From: Chiloscyllium plagiosum | Taxonomy: Eukaryota | Length of the DNA: 64,000 nucleotides | NCBI RefSeq assembly: GCF_004010195.1 | Contig: NC_057731.1 | Coordinates: forward strand, 29,369,374 to 29,433,373 | Direction of reading: 5' to 3' | Translations under genes and position numbers: made by a program | Notes under the pieces: generated by a model | The model's database searches: none | Told to the model about the DNA's origin: nothing | Seen by the model: only the letters and a program-made list of their open reading frames with translations | In this document: positions 53,398 through 64,000 of the stretch, one piece after another | How positions within the stretch are numbered: position 1 is the stretch's first letter | Layout: every line of letters starts with the position of its first letter

Positions 53398-54420
53398 TGT
53401 CACACTCCCCCACTCCCTTTGTTTTTGGACTCTAGTTTGGTACGGGTTTCAACAATACTACTATAACATTAAACCAGAAGTAGGGCTTATTTTCACACAC
53501 TCTGAGATGTGCAGTGTGGTAGTGGATATTTTGCAACACAGGAAGGCTTGTAAACATACATTTTAAGATCAGACGAAAAGGATAAAATGTTTATTCAATT
53601 AGCAACAACTCAAGTATGAAACACCTAAGCAATCCTAGTTTATCAATTTTCTTGCATTTAGGACAGAGTCCAAAAGTCCACAGCTGGAATTCTTTGTAGG
53701 GGTATTTTATTGTCTTACTGGCAGTTCAGGAGTTGTCAACAAGTTCTTCAAGTTTCCAGTAATGGTTTTCTGAGGAATATTGGTGAAATATAAATTTTGC
53801 CTTGCTGTTTTAATGAAAGGAGTTGATTATGTGCAGAGAGAACAATTTCAGGTTATTGGCTACTTTTTACTGGTCAAAAGATTTTGCTTAGTAGCTTGGA
53901 GTTAGGAGTTTTGATATTGTTAATAGATGGTGTATGAAGCAGTCTTGACTCCTTAACTGTCCACTATTTTAAAATTATATGGTTAAAAGGAAGTCGTGTT
54001 TAGTATCGTGTGAATCATGTAACCAAGCCTCTTCTCTTGGGGATGTAGTGATTTGGTGGGACAGTTGCCATTGAGACAAAGGCCTGCATTCCAGAAGCAA
54101 TGTAAATGGTGTCCGAATCCACTTGGGAAAGTGTGCTAATACTCAAGCTTCACTTTACCTGGGTTTGTCTTCTTAAGAGCCTACAGACACACACAGACAG
54201 ACATAGATAAACAAAACACCGTACATGTTTTGGGAGGAGTAAAAATATGAGAGGAACTAATCACCTTTGTGGGGATAAGGCTAAGGCTGCAAAGATGACC
54301 AAGAGAGAGTCCTCAATGTTGACATATAAGATGCATTAAAGAAGAATAGAATGCTATGTGAAGTTGTAGAGGAAGGACTATTAAGTAAGGATGGCATTGG
54401 TGGAGTAGTTAGAGGTGACA
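53398..54420. mobile_element. Possible solo LTR (about 1 kb)
   Basis: Termini TGTCAC...GTGACA with flanks GTGG and TTGG. No coding remnant and no second copy in the window. Confidence 0.35.
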
Positions 54421-54889
54421 TTGGTTTAGGTGATCAGTTTAGGTGGTGTGATGATACTATGGCTTTAAGAGGCGTATTTTGTTCTGGCTTTTTTGTGAAG
54501 AAAGGTTGAGTCAGAAGTGCCAATGATCTGTTCCAAGCCAATAAAGTAAACAGCTTGTGAGGCCTTGGGCTTTTTCTCAAGTTGGAACAACAGAAGCAGT
54601 GTGAAGGAATGTGGTCAAGCTCCCACAGAACCAGAATTTTAGTTTAACTTTCAGAAACTGTTGAGATTTGGAAGCTGTTATACATTCTCTTCCTGCGACA
54701 ACAAAGTGCTTGACTTCTCTCACTCTCTCTTAGAGTTTTCTCTTGATGTTCTTTCCTCCTAGGCTGGAGGAACATTGCATGTAAAATAATCTATTTTGCT
54801 GAATTTGCCTCAGCCAATGGTGTGTTTATGGGATGTTACTATTGGAACTGCTAATCAGTAGTAGTTAGCATATACATATCTTGTTTCTA

Positions 54890-55695
54890 TAAATGGAGAT
54901 TAATTTTCTCCTTTACTATTTTCTCTAATAGTGTCTTTACCATTAATGTTAGACTCACTGGTCTACCGTTCCTTGATCTATCTCTACCACCCTTCTTGTA
55001 AAGTGGAGACATGTTACTGTCCTCCAGTCCTCTGGCATCTCCCCTGTAGCCAGGGGTGATTTGAAAATTTGGGTCAAGGCCCCTGTAATTTCCTCCTTTG
55101 TCTCCCACAGCAGCCTGGGTTTCAATCCATCTAGACTTGGGCATTTGTTCACTTGTAAATTTACCAAAACTTCCTCACTTCCTGTATCAATTTCCTCAAG
55201 GACCTCATGATCCATTTTCTCAAATTCTGTATTTGAATCCTCCTTCTCCTGAGTAAACACAGGTGTTATGTACATACTTAACACTCTGTCAATGTCCTCT
55301 GCTTCTTTCACAGATTGCCCCCTTCATCCCCTCGCTTTCCCTGATTATTCTCTTCCCCTTGATATACATGTAGAATGTCTTGGGATTCCCTCTAATCTTG
55401 CTTATCAGCATTCGCCTGCCAGCTTGCCCCTTCTTTGCTCTCCTAATTGCTTTCTTGAGAATCCCCTGTACTTTCAGTACTCCTCTGGGGCCACCATTAT
55501 TTAGCTCCCTTTGAACCTGTTATACATTTCTCTTTTCCTTTATATCCAGTCCTGAATATTCCTAGATATTCATTGCAATCTGCTTTTGGTGCTTCTATAT
55601 TTCATGCTAAAGGAGACATGTTGGGCCTGTACTCCTCTAATACCTTTTGAATGCTTCTGCTGTCTACTGTGGATTTATTCTTAAGTAGCTGTTCC
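54890..55695 (-). mobile_element. CR1 LINE ORF2 fragment
   Basis: Minus peptides ALTQIFKSPLATGEMPEDWR and PLYKKGGRDRSRNGRPVSLTLMVKTLLEKIVK. Confidence 0.85.
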
Positions 55696-55729
55696 CTTAC
55701 AATTCCCAATATAACTCTTCTATTCCAGA

Positions 55730-57340
55730 AGAGAGATTGGCAGAAAACTATAGATCAATGAGCTTGATGTCTATTAAGGGAAAGATGTTAGAATCAATCA
55801 TTATGGAAGCTATATTACATTGGAAAGCTCATGATAATCAGGAAGATTCACCATTGTTCCGTCTAAAGGAAACCAAGCCTAACTAATTTACTATAGTTCC
55901 CTGAAGGAGTACCATGTACTGCGTATAAAGGGAGCCTGTATATGTTCTGCGCAGTACTTGGATTTCCAGAAAACATTTGTTAAGGCACAAAAAAAGCTAT
56001 TGCAAAAAGTAGGAACTCATGGTGTACGGAGTAACATTTTAGCATGTATAGAAGATTGGTTGTTGGCAGAAAACTAAGAGCCTACATAAATAGGTATTTT
56101 CCTCATTGGCAGGATGTGATGAATGGAGTCTTGCCACAGTTTAAGTGTATTTAAGGCACAGATGGATAGGTTCTTGATCAGTAAGGGGATCAATGGTTAC
56201 AGGGAGAAGGCAGGAGATGAGAAACATATCAGCTATAATTGTATGTTGGAGTAGAGTCAATGGGTCAAAAGGTCTAATTCTGCTCCTGTACCTGATGGTC
56301 TTGGTGTTCATATTAGCTCTACACCAATGATTTAATTATGGGAGTGAAGGCATGGCAGCCAGATTTGCAGATAACATGAACATAGGTAAGAAAGTATGTT
56401 GTGAAAAAGACACAAGGATATCGCAGATGAATTTAGCTGGATTGACAGAGTTGGAAAACTCTAGTAGGTACACTATAATGTGTAGAAAATGCAAAGTTGT
56501 TCACTTTAGAGGGATGAACGAAAAAGCAGACTATGGAGGAACCTCAATTATCCGGCATTTGATTATCCAAATATCGGATTATCTGGCAAGATTGCAAGGT
56601 CCTGATGCTTGGCTAAACTATGTTATCCAACATTCGATTATCTGGAATTCGATTAACCGAACAAAACACTCCCACCTCTGTCTTTCAGATAATCAAGGTT
56701 CCTCTGTATACTTCAGTGGACAATGTCAGCAGAATTGTCTGAGTTACAAAGGGATCTTGCTATTCTGAAAAGTTAGTCTGCATGTTATAGCAAGTACTTA
56801 TGAATGCTCATGGAATGCTATTCTTTATGACAAGAAGAATTGAACAGAAGAAGTAAGGATATTATACTTCAGTTGTACAGTTTATTGGTGAAACCACTTC
56901 TCAAATATTGTGTGCAGTTTCAGGTGGTTCAGAACAGGTTTGCTGAAGATATACTTGGAATGAGTGGATGATCTTAAGAAGGAACATCGGGCAAAATGGG
57001 CTTATTTTCACTAGAGCTCAGAGAGTAAGGGGTGACTTGCTTGAAGTCAGTAAAATGCTGAATAGTATTATTCAGTTGGACATGGAAAGGACTGAGGAGG
57101 TGCACCCAGAATAAGAATTCACCCTTTTATGCCAGAGCTGAGGTCGTGTTGTGTGACCCAATGGTCTGGAGGGGTCATTGAATATTTCTAAGTATTTTGA
57201 AAGTAGATAGATTTTATTCGGCAAGGGAACCAAAACGTATTGATGGTAGATGGGAATTTGGAATTCACAATGTAACAGATCAACGTTTACTTCTTGAATG
57301 GTATATCTGGCCTTGGTGACCAAATTCATATGTTCCAATA
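55730..57340 (+). mobile_element. Decayed CR1 LINE (RT region to 3' UTR) with nested insertions
   Basis: NYRSMSL, LTNLL, ARFADNMNIG and KCKVVHF remnants, followed by a CR1-like 3' UTR. Confidence 0.75.
56534..56706. mobile_element. Tc1/mariner (pogo/Tigger-like) MITE
   Basis: About 21-bp TIRs (tggaggaacctcaattatccg and cagataatcaaggttcctctg), TA duplication at 56532-33 and 56707-08, internal TTCGATTATCCG sub-repeats. Confidence 0.8.
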
Positions 57341-58107
57341 TTCATAATTGATTGTTTGGCATCCATGGCCAGATTCTCTGGATAAAGGTGAGAATGTTGA
57401 ATTGGTGGGAATGTGGAATCGGTTGGAATGAGGAATTGGTTGCTACTCCCATCTGAAGAATGTTGTCTCCATTTTGTGCCATCTTTCCTTTCCACATTGA
57501 CTTCAGTGCATACAACATTTACACTGGGTCCGCCAGCTGCCTTACACTTTGAGCACTTTGATTGGCCCTCCCACACTGTCGAATTGCCTGTCATTTCAAA
57601 GAATAAGGAGGAGCCTCATATAAGCCAACACTATTCCAACAGACCTAGACTGGGTAAGTGCAGAAATGATGTTCCTGATTACCAAAGAGACCAGAAAAAG
57701 CCACCATAGTTTAAGGACGTGGGGTAGACCGTTTAGGACTGAGATGAGGAGAACATTCCTCATGCAGAGAGTACTGCAGAAGTCATTGCGCCAGAAAGAG
57801 GTAAAATATTGAGTGTTTTCAAGAATGAATTACATGTAATTCTTAGGGCTAATTGTTCAAAGGGTATGGTGAGAAAGCAGAAACAGGAGTTGGATCACTA
57901 TATGATCAATCATAATCATATTGAGTGGTAGAACCAGCTCAAAGGGCCAAATAGCCTACTCCTTCTATTACACTTTTCTAAATGTTTCTGGGTTTCTAAC
58001 CCTAATTTGACAGTACTTTAGCTGGTGTCTTCTGAACTAACTTTGTACAAAAAGATTATACCCAATGTGCCACTACATTTGTAACTTGGAATCAACTTCA
58101 TTTTGGA

Positions 58108-58258
58108 GAGAAAGTGAGGTTTGCAGATGCTGGAGATCAGAGCTGGAAATGTGTTGCTGGAAAAGCGCAGCAGGTCAGGCAGCATCCAGGGAACAGGAGA
58201 ATCGACGTTTCGGGCATAAGCCCTGAAGAAGGGCTTTTCCAGCAACACATTTCCAGCT
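58108..58258. mobile_element. Fold-back Penelope-terminus mini-insertion
   Basis: 17-bp TSD ATCAACTTCATTTTGGA at 58091-107 and 58259-275. 25-bp inverted arms. Strand switch at ccCTGAAGAAGGGC. Confidence 0.85.
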
Positions 58259-58380
58259 ATCAACTTCATTTTGGACTTGTGTGAGAAAATTCAGCTCCCT
58301 TTTGTCACATACTTACATATATATTAAATCAGTTATTTTTCAAGAGAAGTGGAAAGGAACTATCAGGAAACCCAATGTAA

Positions 58381-58527
<147 letters not shown>

Positions 58528-59834
58528 TAGAAATGAAAAGATGCCAGCTGCATTTAATAAGCTTTACTTTAAAATTATAGACACATTCTAAGCATAAATA
58601 CAAAACAAGAATTTATCAGTTTGGAAGTTTTCATATGTGATGGTCCAGTTGGAAGTTGATGATTGTCTTTAACATTCAAACAGTGTTGGGAAAACTCCTG
58701 TATCTTCAAGCTCCCATTTAGGCACATGGTCAGGTGCAATTAATGCAGCTCAGTTTCACACTGAGCCTTAGACAGGTGCTATGTCCTTCTTTAAAACTGT
58801 GCAAGGGTCTTATGTCTGCCTTAAGCATGAAACCCTTTTATTTCCCTTTAGCTGATGGTATACAATGAGCCACCATACACTCACTAACAGCCCTGCCACC
58901 ATGTTGGATGTTTAATTGCCTGAAAAATGGGCATAGTGCTATCAAACTTCTCCTCTCGGAGTTTTACAAATATTCTTCAATAGATTCTTTCAAATGTTTC
59001 CAAAAATACGGTGACATTATTTCCTTCTGAGACAATTTGCTTTATTGAGTATCTTACAGTAACACTGAACTCACTGATGTCTTCCTACCTGTTACAGCAT
59101 AGTAAAAGCAAAATCCAGTGTGAATTACTTGCTGATATGATCTACAATGTATTAGTTCACTTTCTGTCTTGGAGGAAAGGGCTCATCAGGAATGGTTACA
59201 ACAATCTTTTGATAAAATATCTTTTTATTTGCAAAAAGGGGTCCATTTGGCAATATTATACTGGCTGCTTGGGACCTTTCACATGTCATTCATTTTCAAA
59301 ATATAGAACTTGAGAAGGTGATAGAATTGACAGCATGACAGTAATATGAGAACATAATAAATGCCTGCATGGCACTAATTATTTTGTTTTACAATGATCC
59401 TCTTAACTATTATGTAACATAGAGGTCAGTATCTAACCTTTCTCCTCTCCTCCATTCCAGAAGTAAAATTTTAAACTGAATATTTTTGCAAATTTATATA
59501 AATTCAAAAAACTGCGTCAAACTGGTCATCTTGTTCAAATGCCACATTTTACATATTTCTAGAATTAACACATTATTTGTTCATTCTGACATCATCATTG
59601 ATTTCTGAAAATTGGAAACCTTGCTCTCAATCCATGTAAGCCATTCTTAATGGATGGAGCAAGAACACTATTGTGCTTTTCCATTGCTTTTGTCTTACTC
59701 TATGGTATCATGCCACTGATGTCAATGGAATTACTGTTGAATTTGTGGCTTTCTATGGTTAAGATTTATAATCAATCCCTTTTGAAATGACTTGGATAAA
59801 AACACTGCTCCAGCAAAGGTAAATCTTGTTAGCA

Positions 59835-60514
59835 ATGGTGAGTCACACCTTTAAGGCATTGTCTGAGCTGAGATGTCACCTTTTTTAAAAAAAAACCTTA
59901 ACTTATCTTGAGAATGTGATTAGATTAGATTAGATTACTTACAGTGTGGAAACAGGCCCTTCGGCTCAACAAGTCCACACCGACCCGCCGAAGCGCAACC
60001 CACCCATACCCCTACATTTACCCCTTACCTAACACTACGGGCAATTTAGCATGGCCAATTCACCTGACCTGCACATCTTTGGACTGTGGGAGGAAACCGG
60101 AGCAAACCCACGCAGTCACGGGGAGAACATGCAAACTCCACACAGTCAGTCGCCGGAGGCGGGAATTGAACCCGGATCTCTGGCGCTGTGAGGCAGCAGT
60201 GCTAACCACTGTGCCACCGTGCCACCCAAGTTCTGGGAGTTCTGGGATTTACATGTTAATGAAGCGAAACCAGTAACCCATTCTAAAAGATGAAAGACTT
60301 AACAACAATCTAGGTTTGTTACAATGTCATTTTACTTGCATGACACTGTAATCTTTTGCTATGAATTCTGTGTCTTGTGGTCCTACTCCACAACCACCTG
60401 ATGAAGGAGCAGCACTCCAAAAGCTAGTGCTTCCAAATAAACCTTCCAAATAAGCCTGGTGTTGTGTGATTTTTAACTTTGTTCACCCCATTCCAACACT
60501 GGCTCCTCCACATC
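59835..60514 (+). mobile_element. Penelope-like 3' terminus interrupted by an HE1 SINE
   Basis: Homologous to 62620-62992. Hammerhead core CTGATGA at 60398 with GAAA decayed to AAAA. Confidence 0.75.
59918..60227 (-). mobile_element. HE1 SINE, full length
   Basis: Intact A and B boxes, V domain and (TTAGA)n tail. Confidence 0.9.
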
Positions 60515-60734
60515 ACAAACTTTATCTAAGTACTCCTAGCAACTTCTGTATTAAATTGATGAAACATATGCCTGCTTTGCAATTGTTCTGGGATGTGTAC
60601 TAGATTAGCTTTATCAAGAAGACCATCACATGGAGTGAATTACCTCCAATTATCTGGATCTACCTCAATTTGAAATACTGCTCTGTTGCAAATTTTGACA
60701 ATACTGTTATTTTCCACATATTATTATTCATTGA

Positions 60735-60929
<195 letters not shown>

Positions 60930-62198
60930 TGAGTCAACTTTCTTTGCAAATGTACTTGTTTTAAACTCAATTCAGCCTTTACTTTGACAATGAGAAACAT
61001 CAAAATGTAGTCAAGTGCTGAGCTTTCAAGGACGGCACACTATTCTTGTTTTTGAAACTGTGGGGAATAGTTCCTTGAGTGTGCTGAATATAGCAAAAGC
61101 TATGGACCTTGATAGAGTCTGACTGTAGGTCTCTAGAAACAGCTACACCTCTCATCAATCCGACCCAATAGAACTTGAACACTTGCAACTGCGCAACCAA
61201 ATGAAACATTGTCCAGGTATGTCCTGTCAAACAAACCTGCCCCATCAGCCTTTGTTCAGTCATCAACGCATTGATGAAAAGTGGTGTTGACAGTGCTATC
61301 ATTTGCCTGTCCTTTATATGTCTTCATTCTCTCTTCTGATGTGTTGTCTTTTTCTACAAGTGAAAAAAGGTTACTGAAATGCTGGAAGTTTGAAAAGCAC
61401 AAGGGAACACTAAGGTGTCTGTGCATCACTCCAGTGGTGTGACTGAATAAGCATGAATCATGCAGCTCAGTTTTGATGGATGTTTGCTGTATGTTCTCAA
61501 ATGATACTATAATGTGACATTGCTTCCAATATTAACTTGCAATTTGAAATCTCTAGCAAGGCACATGGAAACAACTATGGAAGACCTCTGCCTTGTTACT
61601 GAAACAGGGTTAGTTAGTTGATTCACATAAAGGATTCTCTGAGAAAGAGTGATCATAATGAGGGAACAGATTGAGCTTGAGAGTGGTGCACTAAATTGGA
61701 AACAATAGTATTAAATCTAAGTAAAGTCAGATATGTAAGTAAAATTTGATCTACATTTTGGTTTTTGCATGCTTCTCACTACTTACACAGTCAAAGGAAC
61801 ATGCTGCATCAGCTTTCAGTTTTTGCTCATATGCAACAAGACCTGGGCAACATCCAGGTTGGTGTTGAGCCATAGCAAAGGGTTCTCATGCTATTCTCCA
61901 CAACTCACACCATCACCAATGTGCCACAACTCTATGGAGCACCACTCATGCTATCACACCAGAAATGAAAGTATTTGCCACGTAGCAGAGAGGAGGAATA
62001 AGTGTTTTTTTTTCAGGCTCAGAGGATGTCCCAAGATATGTGTCACTGGGATCCATGTTGGGACCTGGGACAGGCAGCAGAGAAAAGTGGCCGAGCAGAG
62101 GCTGATAGCTAAGTTCAGTACCCATAGGGAGGGCCTCAACCGGGACCTTGGGTTCATGTCACATTACAAGTGACCACCATTGCACTATACACACAAAC

Positions 62199-62344
62199 NN
62201 NNNNNNNNNNNNNNNNNNNNNNNNNNNNNNNNNNNNNNNNNNNNNNNNNNNNNNNNNNNNNNNNNNNNNNNNNNNNNNNNNNNNNNNNNNNNNNNNNNNN
62301 NNNNNNNNNNNNNNNNNNNNNNNNNNNNNNNNNNNNNNNNNNNN
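62199..62344. other. Assembly gap (146 N) within a CA-rich microsatellite
   Basis: Run of N flanked by (CA)-rich sequence. Confidence 0.98.
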
Positions 62345-62867
62345 ACAGACTTAAGACACTCTGCACTCACTACATGCACACATACACTTTCTCACGCTCA
62401 CAACCCCCAACCCAGACAGACACACATACACACACAGACAAAGACCCACATGCACACATATATTTTGTGGAGTGAATTTGTACTTGTAGGGTGACATTGT
62501 ACTTTGCTCAAAAACTGCATGCATTCATGTAGAACTCTGAGGTCAAAAACTGCATGAATTTATGTAAAACTCCGTTATCTCACTTTTTGGATTAGAATCA
62601 GTCTAAACATCATGGCATAGACAGAGAACACAGGGGCCCAACACCTTCAACATATTGTCTAGCTATCACCCTTGTTAACAGCTAACCCGAGAATGCAACT
62701 TTTTAAAAAGTTTTTGTGATTTACACATGAAAGAAGTGAAACTGTCATGGTATTCTAACAGATGAAAGGCTTAACAGACAATCAATTTTTCAATGTATAA
62801 TTTCAGTTACATCACACTGTAAATTTTTGCGATAAATTCTGTGTGTTAGGATTGAGCCCTCCACTAT

Positions 62868-62902
62868 CACCTGATGAAGGAGCATCGCTCCGAAAGCTAG
62901 TG
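62868..62902 (+). ncRNA. Minimal type I hammerhead ribozyme motif
   Basis: CAC-CTGATGA-aGGAGC-atc-GCTCC-GAAA-GCTA-GTG: stem I CAC/GTG, 5-bp stem II, palindromic AGCT stem III, predicted CUA cleavage triplet. Confidence 0.72.
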
Positions 62903-63319
62903 TGCTTCCAATTAAACCTGTTGGACTATAACTTGGTGTTGTGTGATTTTTAACTTTGTACACTCCAGTCCAACACTGGCATCTCCAAATCATTAAAACA
63001 TTGTGAAAGCAGTGGTAGATAGATCCTTGATTACCATGGCAATGGAAGATTGGCAGGGATATGCAGGAATGTAGAGTTGAGGTTAAATCAAATCAGCCAT
63101 GATCTTATTCATTGATCAAACATGTTCAAAGGGCTTAGTGGCTTACTGTTATTCATATGTTTGGATGTTCACAGCATGCATCTGCTAGGATTGCTGGTGC
63201 TGGCTGCATATTTAACAAGCAGCTGTGCACTGGGTCAAGTGCAGTCAATTCAGAACTACACTGCACAGTTCCCATTCCTCATGCATTATCCCAGAGATGA
63301 CAGACAGAGGCAAGTTAAC

Positions 63320-63900
63320 TCCATGATGTTCCTGGTGGATGGGTGGTGCAGTGGAGGATTATCCTCTTTCCTCAGGCCTACCCGAGGAGACCATGCCACT
63401 AGAGTCTGCCAGCCTAGTCCAAGGTCACTACCAAGATAAATGCAGCATGCATGGCCTGAAGAAACACCCGGCAATGCAGCAAGAAGGTCAATGACTATTC
63501 AATTAGAGATGGTAAGTGCCATTATCTTGTCTCTGCTGTCTCACACTCACTTTAACTGTGCTCCAGCACCCAGCTCCCACCAAGGCTCATGATTTACCAT
63601 TCTCACCACTGTATGCAGCATCTTCTTTCACTCCCACCACACCCACTAACTTTACATGCCCTCTGTGCTGCCTTCTCACTCACTCAGGGAACCTTTCCCT
63701 CATCAGTACTGACAGATATCCCACCCACTTTCATTTTGCTCAATTCCTTCCTCTTTCTCACTCCAGGAGAAAATGGCCCACTGTAGGATTGAAAGGGACC
63801 ATCTTGGGTCTGATATTTGTTTTCTCATCCCCTACAAGAAGCCAATCCTTACCTCTCCTGACTTAGCTGGCAAAGACTGTGACCCTCCATCTAATGGCAT
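63320..63900 (+). mobile_element. Decayed PIF/Harbinger Myb/SANT-like gene, two exons
   Basis: WRIILFPQAYPRRPCH*SLPA*..INAAC..RNTRQCSKKVND, donor GTAAGTGCC at 63512, acceptor AG at 63765-66, then EKMAHCRIER..DICFLIPYKK. Stops present. Confidence 0.6.
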
Positions 63901-64000
63901 TGAAGCCTCAATGTCCTAGGAACAAGTTAGATGGAATGTCCATTGCTTCCTCCTGTCCCATGACTTCCAACATGCCCGAACTTCTATCCCTATTTCACAA

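Larger units (their letters stand above)
62060..62992 (+). mobile_element. Penelope-like element 3' end (GIY-YIG tail, CA-rich tract, hammerhead terminus)
   Basis: DRQQRKVAEQRLIAKFSTHREGLNRDLGFMSHY-K-stop, followed by a long 3' region ending in the shared ...ccagtccaacactggcatctccaaatca terminus. Confidence 0.85.

Noticed and set aside
62148-62494. ORFs containing runs of X
   Set aside because: They read through the N gap.

Overview
Eukaryotic, repeat-rich vertebrate DNA. The HE1-type SINEs, HER1/CR1 LINEs and Penelope families indicate a shark, probably a bamboo or carpet shark (inference). The window lies inside one + strand gene. Four small exons (13516-13625, 24851-24990, 58413-58497, 60750-60900) splice in frame through GT-AG junctions and encode a complete discoidin (F5/8 type C) domain most like CPXM2. 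The rest is intron filled with HE1 SINEs, CR1, L2 and Rex-Babar LINE fragments, a Gypsy integrase with LTR, solo LTRs, Harbinger Myb/SANT gene relics, MITEs and Penelope-like elements. The most notable signal is a set of minimal hammerhead ribozyme motifs (CUGANGA-stem II-GAAA plus a palindromic stem III) in Penelope termini. Several sit in 100-500 bp insertions with 12-17 bp target-site duplications, most folded back on themselves. In three of these the strand switch falls at the ribozyme core, and one is a ~460 bp palindrome with an intact hammerhead on each strand. Most ORFs in the supplied track are spurious or decayed transposon fragments. No database searches were run; family names come from motif recognition.
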